NCBI RefSeq assembly: GCF_006345805.1
Contig: NW_021828996.1
Span: 1-6,715, forward strand
Direction: 5' to 3'
Source: Octopus sinensis
Lineage: Eukaryota
Length of the DNA stretch: 6,715 nt
Part shown: positions 1 to 6,655 of the stretch, one piece after another
Numbering within the stretch: the first letter of the stretch is position 1
Layout: each line of letters begins with the position of its first letter
Translations under genes and position numbers: made by a program
The notes under the pieces: model-generated
What the model was told of the DNA's origin: nothing
The model's database searches: none
The model's input: the letters and a program-made list of their open reading frames with translations, nothing else

Positions 1-37
1 ATACATGCATAGGTCACATGGAGTCTTTTTATTAAGG

Positions 38-125
38 TAGATTTTCTGTGGCCGGATGCCTTTCCTGTCTCCAACTCTCGCCTGTTTCCAAGCAAGCGTA
101 CTATTTTCCCATGGCCAAAAATGCT
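38..125. mobile_element. Fragment of a dispersed repeat (SINE/LINE-tail-like)
   Basis: Contains GGCCGGATGCCTTTCCTGTCTCCAAC...CCTGTTTCCAAGCAAG...TTTTCCCATGGCCA, which I recall as resembling an abundant octopus interspersed repeat. Recognition is from memory only and the boundaries are approximate. Confidence 0.35.
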
Positions 126-504
126 CACGCAGTATATATATTTCAAGTTCCTGCTCTTAAATCACTGCAGATTATAAGAGATTCCAGATAATCAGTGTCC
201 AGAAAATCATGTGTGCGTGTGTGTATTCAGATTTGAATAAGAAGCAGCCCGAAGGATATAAACAATATCGAACACGCATACACACGGTATGTGTTTTGCC
301 AGTTCGTGGGCAGGCTGCGATTATAGGCGATAATGTCTAAAGATAATAGAAATCGCTCACGCACTCTGGAGAGAGATACTTCTTCCAAGAAGATTAGTGA
401 CATTTTGATAAAGAATTTGCTAATTTTCATAAAGTAATTTTTCTTAAAGAAATTTTTTATACTTGGTAAAACTGTATCAAATAATTTTCACAATGACTTT
501 TAAA

Positions 505-850
505 TATACATACATGTGTGTGTGTGTGTGTGTGTGTGTAAATAATGCACACACACGCGCACACACCCACTACAGACACACAGCTACACATACACACCAC
601 CCACACATACCATACACACTCACACACACACACATATATATATACACACAGACATATACACGAAGACAACGCCCACGCATAGTCACACGACACAACACAT
701 AAACTCACGTGTATACATACATGCGAACATATAATCATACAGCATACACAGAGCAACAGACACATACATACACACACCAACACTCACACACGCACATACA
801 TACACACTTACAAACCACACAAACTCCTACACACGCCTACATCAATATAT

Positions 851-892
<42 letters not shown>

Positions 893-1437
893 ATATAATA
901 TATACATGCATATATATAATATTATATTACACACACAACACATGCACACACAAAATCAGGAACGTAACAACGCACCATACAACACACACTAATATACGGT
1001 TACATACACATAGTAACGTGCGCATTTATACACACCCACTTGTACTTACGTATAGATCCACAAATAAACACGCATACTCACACAGACACACATATATATA
1101 CACACTCTAGAAGCCAGAAAACTTTTAATACTGTTAATACTGACATTAAGCAAAGTCTTTCGAGAGATAACGAAGCAGACGTCTGTACACTCATCATGTG
1201 TGTGTGTGTATATGTATGTATGTATGTATTTTATTGTACTACACAAGATCCACACACCACAAGTGCGCGCACTCACACACCCACGCACTATACATACGCG
1301 CGGCACGTCACATCACCCACGTGCACCCACATCCACCCACACACGCCGCTCACACAAATACAGGACCACCCACACCATATCACACACATACTCACACATG
1401 TGCGTACATAATATATATGCACTCACACATGCATATG
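505..1437. repeat. Degenerate compound microsatellite block: (TG)n, CA-rich and (TA)n
   Basis: (TG)n at 515-539, long imperfect CA/CAC/CAT tracts, and a (TA)n run from ~854 that degenerates to ~925. This block produces the H/T/Y/I and C/V/M-rich ORFs. Confidence 0.95.
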
Positions 1438-1440
1438 TCT

Positions 1441-1464
1441 TGAGGGTTGCGGGTTCGACTCCCA
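1441..1464 (+). other. tRNA-like T-arm / Pol III B-box remnant (truncated SINE head or tRNA fragment)
   Basis: TGAGGGTTGCGGGTTCGACTCCC matches the variable-loop/T-arm pattern (GGTTCGANTCC). No A box or 5' half is visible upstream, where there is microsatellite. A T7 run follows at 1482-1488. Confidence 0.35.
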
Positions 1465-1651
1465 TGGCTGTTTGCTGACAATTTTTTTCCGCCTTGTAAA
1501 GTTAATAAACCCCTTTATTTCTGCAGTTTTAACGGCGATGCTGCGTTCGAAAATATCACCTTCCTGTCTGTATCGTACAATACATATTTGACGCTTCTAA
1601 AAAAAAAAAAACCAAAAGAAATGTAAGTTTGTTTATATACACGTGTTTGTT

Positions 1652-1688
1652 ACACACACACACATACATACATACATACATACATACA

Positions 1689-1718
<30 letters not shown>
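1652..1718. repeat. (CA)n(CATA)n microsatellite
   Basis: Directly visible tandem repeat. Confidence 0.97.
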
Positions 1719-1720
<2 letters not shown>

Positions 1721-1849
1721 GTGACGTATTTGCCATTTAAATATGGCTAACCCCTAAGGGTGGATGCTACTGTAGTTTGTAGCCACAGGAGGACACCTCC
1801 TCCAGCTGGCTTAGGGGTTAGCCATATTTAAATGGCAAATATACGTCAC
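1721..1849. repeat. Small inverted-repeat (fold-back/MITE-like) element
   Basis: Left arm 1721-1758 (GTGACGTATTTGCCATTTAAATATGGCTAACCCCTAAG) is the reverse complement of 1810-1849 apart from a 2-nt TA indel. Spacer is 51 nt. No clear TSD. Confidence 0.9.
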
Positions 1850-1901
1850 GATGTGTTGCAGCTACTGTTTATAACTTGCTCTAAGATTTATTATATATAT
1901 A

Positions 1902-2235
1902 TATCTGTAAAAGTAATATGTGACAATTATTCGGTAGCCATGATAAAACTCCGAGTTTCGGATGCCGAGGTGGAAATCTTACGCGAATACTATGAACATT
2001 TTTACCCCCTTACTTTTACTCCCTCCCCTCACCTAGCAGTCATTCAAATAACTCTTTTGTCTTAATAACGGTCAATCACACAGTAATTTCCCTTTGTATA
2101 ACAGTCATTTTTCATAGCATTTTTCCGATGGTCAGATAACTGAAGAGATGGCGGCGTGGGTTTCCACCTCAACATCCGAAACTCGGAGTTTTATCATGGC
2201 TACCGAATAATCATCACATATTACTTTTGCAGATA
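1902..2235. mobile_element. Inverted-repeat element with 75-bp arms carrying a hammerhead motif (Penelope-like/retrozyme-like non-autonomous element)
   Basis: 1902-1976 and 2161-2235 are reverse complements at 70/75 positions. The right arm overlaps the 3' half of the hammerhead motif. The inverted repeat is seen directly; the element class is inferred. Confidence 0.7.
2129..2202 (+). ncRNA. Type-I hammerhead ribozyme-like motif
   Basis: Stem I GATAA(2135-2139)/TTATC(2191-2195), extended by TGGTCA/TGGCTA with one bulged A. Core CTGAAGA at 2140-2146. Stem II GATG..GTGG-GTTT-CCAC..CATC with one extra C. GAAA at 2178-2181. Near-palindromic stem III ACTC-G-GAGT. Cleavage triplet GUU, cut after 2190. 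Confidence 0.7.
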
Positions 2236-2340
2236 AATTCCTCTATTTACATAATAGAGGTCATATTGAAGAGGGAAACAAGACTGTGGAGAGGAATTCC
2301 AAAATTTAGAGGAGCGAAGTAAGAAACTGGTACTGTAAAG

Positions 2341-2369
2341 TGCTTTACGATACTAAGTATCGTAAAGCA
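2341..2369. repeat. Perfect 29-bp palindrome (14-bp arms, 1-nt spacer)
   Basis: TGCTTTACGATACT-A-AGTATCGTAAAGCA; the arms are exact reverse complements. Confidence 0.95.
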
Positions 2370-2371
2370 GA

Positions 2372-2538
2372 ATAGGATTCTCTGAAAAAAATACAATTAC
2401 TGACTGGATTTCATGCCCCAAACTACAGGGTTAGGAGGCGTAAAATTTCGCGATATAATACTCTGTTCAGATTAAGTCTAAAAACAAAGCTAGGGCTTCC
2501 TTAATTTAATCTTCCATCATTTTCAAACGAACCAACAA
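2372..2538 (+). repeat. Direct repeat copy A (167 bp) of 3544-3713
   Basis: ATAGGATTCTCTGAAAA...TTTTCAAACGAACCAACAA. Differs from copy B by 3 substitutions, a 1-nt poly-A length change and a 4-nt (CAAA) indel. Confidence 0.95.
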
Positions 2539-2539
2539 T

Positions 2540-3165
2540 AATGAGAACTGGATGCAAGTCTAGTTGGTCGCTAATAAGTTCTTAAAGGGGAGAACCAGAG
2601 AAGAGAGCTCAGCTGAAAAATTTCCATGGAAATACTTATAGAAAAGAGACAAGGAAGCCACACGATGACGATGAGAGAGTGAATCCAATTTAGAAGATAG
2701 ATGAAGACGTTTGAAATATAGGTACAACTCATTTTTGCCAGCTGAATGGACTGGAGCAACGAGAAATAAAGTGTCTTGCTCAAGATCACAACACGACGCC
2801 AGTTATCGAACTCGCGACCTAATGGTTTTGAGCCGGCTACCCAAACCACTTAGCCATTAAATTTTACAAGCATACAGCAACGAAGACAAAACAGAGAATT
2901 GCAGACCTCCAATTTTGTCTCAATTGAGATTCTATGCTGAGACCATAGACATCTGTTCAATTGCTCCGAATGCATCACTGGCTTGCTTCATTCCGAGGGG
3001 GATTTCATCTTCAAAAGTATTTGTCGAAAAGAAAATAGCAAAATTGGTTTGATGAAAATGGTGAGGAAGTTTAAATACTATTAAACAAAGAGAATGTAGT
3101 GCTTAGTAGAGTCCTTAGGGGCAGGACCAGAAATGCTTAAGAAAGAAACCTTGTACAGGACAAAT
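2540..3165 (+). pseudogene. Highly decayed RTE-clade non-LTR retrotransposon ORF remnant (endonuclease-RT linker region), interrupted by a SINE
   Basis: Frame starting at 2976 reads HWLASFRGGFHLQKYLSKRK*QNWFDENGEEV*ILLNKE, resembling the RTE/BovB-type 'W..FR...RKHQDWFDEN.EI..LL.KK' motif. 2541-2585 reads MRTGCKSSWSLISS*, weakly like 'MRGADCWTDHRLI.SK'. Contains in-frame stops; boundaries are uncertain. Confidence 0.5.
2721..2857 (-). mobile_element. tRNA-derived SINE, 5' head plus conserved central domain (3'-truncated)
   Basis: Minus strand has A box TGGCTAAGTGG (2856-2846) and B box GAGTTCGATAAC (2813-2802). These are followed by ATCTTGAGCAAGACACTTTAT...TGCTCCAGTCCATTCAGCTGGCAAAAATGAGTTGTACC, which is CORE-like SINE body sequence. 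Confidence 0.8.
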
Positions 3166-3166
3166 A

Positions 3167-3168
<2 letters not shown>

Positions 3169-3222
<54 letters not shown>
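3169..3222. repeat. (GT)27 microsatellite
   Basis: Perfect dinucleotide run. Confidence 0.98.
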
Positions 3223-3224
<2 letters not shown>

Positions 3225-3241
3225 ATTAATGAGTACAGTAT

Positions 3242-3366
3242 CATATTTCCATTACGACCGATCTTAAAAGTTGGTTTCGCACTGGAGGGTTGAACATGAT
3301 GTTAGATAGCATCCTGATTATGCAACCCTGCGCTCTTCAGAGTTGGCAGTTACGGGAGAAAATATG
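3242..3366 (-). ncRNA. Type-I hammerhead ribozyme-like motif with long stem II
   Basis: On the minus strand: CTGAAGA (3340-3334); stem II GCGC/GTGC + AGGGTTG/CAACCCT + CAT/ATG + GATGCTA/TAACATC; GAAA (3278-3275); stem III ACC..CTT-TT-AAG..GGT; canonical GUC triplet (3258-3256). Proximal stem I pairs poorly, but distal CATATTTT/GAAATATG pairs. Confidence 0.65.
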
Positions 3367-3390
3367 GCGACTACTCTCTGTTATAAGGGA

Positions 3391-3515
3391 TGACTTTATG
3401 TTTCATTCTTTCGGAGTCGATGAAATTTGTACCAGTAAAAACCTGTGGTTGGTGTAATTGAATTAGGCCCTTTCTCACGATTTGCAAACCTTTTGTTAGT
3501 AATAGAAAGAATTAT
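3391..3515 (+). mobile_element. Diverged SINE body/3' fragment
   Basis: GACTTTATGTTTCATTCTTTCGGAGTCGATGAAATTTGTACCAGT resembles the 'GCCTTTCATCCTTTCGGGGTCGATAAA..AAGTACCAGT' conserved SINE domain I recall from octopus and other metazoan SINEs. It ends in an AT-rich tail and the head is missing. Confidence 0.6.
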
Positions 3516-3543
3516 AACACAGAACACACCTCAGGAACAGAGG

Positions 3544-3713
3544 ATAGGATTCTCTGAAAAAATACAATTACTGACTGGATTTCATGCCTCAAACTACAGG
3601 GTTAGGAGGCGTAAAATTTCGCGATATAATACTCTGTTCAGATTAAGTCTGAAAACAAACAAAGCTAGGGTTTCCTTAATTTAATCTTCCATCATTTTCA
3701 AACGAACCAACAA
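3544..3713 (+). repeat. Direct repeat copy B (170 bp) of 2372-2538
   Basis: Near-identical to copy A, 1172 bp downstream. Confidence 0.95.
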
Positions 3714-3989
3714 AAACCATAAAATCTTCAATCGAAATCGTGCATGTGTAGAGAGGAGAAGCCATGAATGTTATTAATAATATCGAATTAAGTATGCATG
3801 CGATTAAATTGTAAACACGATTTATTAAAAATGTATATTCGTGAAATGGCGATAAATGTTTATACACACACACGCGCACATATATATATATATATTCGTG
3901 CAAAGGAGATTTTCAGGCGAAAATGTGTGGAAGAATTGGTGGTGGGATGGGGGAAGCACCGTATATATTAAATTATAAATTAAATTAAA

Positions 3990-4005
3990 TGTGTGTGCAT
4001 GCGAT

Positions 4006-4085
<80 letters not shown>

Positions 4086-4466
4086 CATATATGTATATGT
4101 ATATATATTATGTATGCATATATGTATATGTATATATATATATGTATGCATATATATATATATATATTATATATATATATATGTACATACATACATACAT
4201 GAATGTTGTGGGTGTAGGTGTTTGTGTGTATGTGTGTCTATGATTCTGTATGTGGAGCTGTGTGCATGTGTCCGTGAGTGGATGTGTGTGTGTGTGTGAT
4301 TACGGTTCTCTGTGTGTGTGTTTGTGTATGTAATTGCGTGAGTGTATATGTGTGTATGCTTTTGCGTGTGCGATCCTGAGTGTGCGTTTGTGTCGTGTGT
4401 GTGTATGTGTGTATGTGTGTGTGTGTGTGTGCAATTCTATGCCTGTGTGTTTGCGATTCCGTGTGC

Positions 4467-4497
<31 letters not shown>

Positions 4498-5102
4498 TGT
4501 ATGTATGTATCTTTGTATGTGTGTATGTATGTATGTATGTATGTATGTATGTATGTATATGTATGTGTGTGTATGTATGTATGTATGTATGTATCTTTGT
4601 ATGTGTGTATGTATGTATGTATGTATGTATGTATATGTATGTGTATGTATGTATGTATGTATGTATGTATCTTTGTATGTGTGTATGTATGTATGTATGT
4701 ATGTATGTATGTATGTATGAATGTATGTATGAATGTATGTATGTATGTATGTATGTGTGTATGTATGTATGTATGAATGTATGTGTGTATGTATGTATGT
4801 ATGTATGTATGTATGAATGTATGTGTGTATGTATGTATGTATGTATGTATGTATGTATGTCTGTATGTATGTTGTGTGTATGTATGTATGTATGTATGTA
4901 TGTATGTATGTATGAATGTATGTGTGTATGTATGTTGTATGTATGTAGTATGTGGTGTATGTATGTATGTATGTATGTAGTAGTATGTATGTATGTGTAT
5001 GTATGTATGTATGTTATGTATGTATGTGTGTGTGTATGTGTATGTATGAATGTATGTGTGTGTATGTATGTATGAATGTATGTATGTATGTATGTATGTG
5101 TG
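3990..5102. repeat. Compound microsatellite: (AT)36, degenerate TG-rich tract, long (TATG)n array
   Basis: (AT)n at 4009-4080, imperfect TG-rich sequence at 4200-4468, and (TATG)n with variants at 4469-5102. Confidence 0.97.
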
Positions 5103-5273
5103 TATCAGCGTGGTTCACCCGACCACCTTCCATGCTAAACTCATTATTGTATATTAATTTATCCTCAATAAACATAATCAAGGGTCATAATGGAGAAACG
5201 GATTGTCACTTTTTGGTTTTGGTCTCCTATTGTAGAATTTTGTGGCAATTCTTCCGCTACAACAATGCACCCT

Positions 5274-5274
<1 letters not shown>

Positions 5275-5320
<46 letters not shown>
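5275..5320. repeat. (CA)23 microsatellite
   Basis: Perfect dinucleotide run. Confidence 0.98.
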
Positions 5321-5321
<1 letters not shown>

Positions 5322-5395
5322 CTGAGTTGGTGATGAGGAAATAATGTGTGAGTAGCAAACGTAAGGAATGAAAAGTGAGCGAAGCTGAACCTTTT

Positions 5396-5637
5396 TGTGT
5401 GTGTGTGTGTGTGTGTGTGAGTGTGTGTGTGTGTGTGCGTGTGTGTGCGTGGTGTGTGTGTGTGTGCTTGTGTGTGTGCATGCGTGTGTGTGCGTGTGCG
5501 TGCGTGTGTGTGTGTGTGCGTGTGTGTGTGTGTGTGTGTGCGTGCGTGTGTGTGTGTGTGTGCGTGCGTGTGTGTGAGTGTGTGTGTGTGCGTGTGTGTG
5601 CGCGTGCGTGTGTGTGTGTGCGTGCGTGTGCGTGTGC

Positions 5638-5673
<36 letters not shown>
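5396..5673. repeat. (TG)n/(TGCG)n compound microsatellite
   Basis: About 280 bp of almost uninterrupted alternating purine-pyrimidine repeat. Confidence 0.97.
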
Positions 5674-5674
<1 letters not shown>

Positions 5675-5676
<2 letters not shown>

Positions 5677-6087
5677 GGCTTTGCAGATAAATTGAGAGAC
5701 TAATTCTACGATGCATAAAACTGGTTATGAATTCTAAAATAATGGTGGTAGACATGTCCTGTAATATTTAGTACAACATTTATTATCACCCAATTTGGCC
5801 GCCCTTTCGGGCAATTACTGCCTCCATACGAGAACGGAAATTTTTTTTTTTTCAGTTGCTGCAACCTCCACCATTTTGTGTTGCACGGACGATGCAAATC
5901 TTCACACTGTTGGTACACGAGTGTAGTGAAGCATTGGTCCTTACTTGAAGTATACCCCATAAAAACTAATCGAGAAGGTTTAAGATCTGGGTTACTGCTG
6001 GGCCAGGTGTTGGCTCTCACAAAAATCAGCGCCTTCTCACCAAAGAAGGCTTGTGTTGCTTTTGACCTCAAGGCACGGTGCAGAAAC
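5675..6087 (-). mobile_element. 3' portion of a decayed Tc1/mariner DNA transposon (probably DD37D/maT family)
   Basis: Transposase remnant at 6087-5786 with AATAAA just after the stop. The putative terminus is TA|CGGGCTTTGCAGATAAATTGAG at 5673-5696 (TA target plus TIR-like end; partner TIR not seen). Truncated at a SINE junction. Confidence 0.8.
5786..6087 (-). pseudogene. Tc1/mariner transposase C-terminal pseudogene fragment
   Basis: Joining frames across frameshifts gives (V)SAPC(L)/RSKATQAFFGEKALIFVRANTWPSSNPDLKP/LD*FLWGILQVRTNASLHSCTNSVKICIVRA.../FRSRMEAVIARKGGQIG*. This matches the DxAPxH, WPxxSPDLNPLDY.LWG and terminal R..AVI..KGG motifs. Confidence 0.88.
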
Positions 6088-6275
6088 GCTTGACAATTGA
6101 TGTTGGTGTGTTTACGTCCCCGTAACTTAGCTGTTCGGTGAAAGACACCGATAAGATAAGCACTAGACATACAACAAATAAGTCCTGGGATCGATTTGTT
6201 CGACTAAAAAGCGGTGCCACAGCATGGCCGCAGTCAAATGGCTGAAACAAGTAAAAGAATAAAAGAAAAGAAAAA
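6087..6275 (+). mobile_element. 3' half of an octopus-type SINE with A-rich (TAAAAGAA) tail
   Basis: CGCTTGACAA..GTTTACGTCCCCGTAACTTAGC..GTCCTGGGATCGATTTGTTCGACTAA..CAGCATGGCCGCAGTCAAATGGCTGAAACAAGTAAAAGAATAAAAGA closely resembles a very abundant octopus SINE 3' region (from memory). The tandem A-rich tail is seen directly. Confidence 0.75.
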
Positions 6276-6294
6276 TAACATATATATAGGTATG

Positions 6295-6300
<6 letters not shown>

Positions 6301-6330
<30 letters not shown>
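6301..6330. repeat. (TAA)10 microsatellite
   Basis: Directly visible. Confidence 0.95.
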
Positions 6331-6331
<1 letters not shown>

Positions 6332-6434
6332 GGGTTAAATTAATTAATCAATTAATAATTAATAATTTTACCAAGTAGTTCGGTGTGTTAAAAGAACCAT
6401 TATCGGTAAACTTATACAAAAATTTTATAATTAT

Positions 6435-6586
6435 GAGCATAATTATAATTAGGGTTCAGTAGAATTTGCTTCACCACATACGGAAATTTAGAAATAGCAC
6501 TTAAAATACTACTACTATAATATATCTCCCAGACAGCAATACTCTACAACTCTAATTATTGCTGAACCCTAATTATAATTATGCTC
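6435..6586. repeat. Inverted repeat, perfect 25-bp arms, 102-nt spacer
   Basis: GAGCATAATTATAATTAGGGTTCAG (6435-6459) is the exact reverse complement of CTGAACCCTAATTATAATTATGCTC (6562-6586). Confidence 0.9.
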
Positions 6587-6655
6587 GACCTCGTGTGTAC
6601 CGTTGGCGATTTTTTTTCCTCTATCTTCCCTTCTCTGGATCTTTCCTTCTCCTAT

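Noticed and set aside
227-436. Possible small exon or ORF in unique sequence (CAG|ATTTG...ACG|GTATGT at 231-286; MSKDNRNRSRTLERD... at 333-437; 67-aa minus ORF)
   Set aside because: There is no polypyrimidine tract or recognisable domain and the frames are short. It cannot be supported without RNA-seq, though an exon is not excluded.
457-1478. Multiple overlapping ORFs rich in H/T/Y/I or C/V/M
   Set aside because: They are translations of CA/TG/TA repeats, which lack stop codons in most frames. They have no protein-like complexity.
1721-2369. CRISPR array or bacterial terminators/operators suggested by clustered palindromes
   Set aside because: There are no repeated direct units with unique spacers and no cas genes, and the context is clearly eukaryotic.
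2372-3713. LTR retrotransposon/TRIM or retrozyme bounded by 170-bp LTRs
   Set aside because: There are no TG...CA termini, PBS or TSD, and no hammerhead core inside the repeats. The interior is a mosaic of old unrelated repeats, so a local duplication fits better.
3445-3903. 79-aa plus and 75-aa minus ORFs
   Set aside because: They span a SINE fragment, the duplicated segment (frameshifted in the other copy) and microsatellite, and have no recognisable motif.
541-4468. Left CA/TA block and right TA/TG block as a large inverted duplication
   Set aside because: The short matches (e.g. ACACAAACTCCTACAC vs ACACAAACACCTACAC) are within low-complexity sequence and not collinear. The scrambled tracts may also include unpolished long-read errors.
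3825-5755. Long ORFs up to 231 aa (CMYV, YI, CV, TH repeats) resembling Cys-rich or metallothionein-like proteins
   Set aside because: They are direct products of (TATG)n, (AT)n and (TG)n arrays on both strands.
6135-6151. Hairpin TCGGTG-AAAGA-CACCGA with GAAA as another ribozyme
   Set aside because: There is no CUGANGA core in register, and it is an internal stem of the SINE body.
5706-6170. 154-aa minus ORF as an intact gene
   Set aside because: It is a chimera of SINE antisense sequence and one frame of a frameshifted transposase pseudogene. Only RSKATQ...PDLKP is in the true frame.
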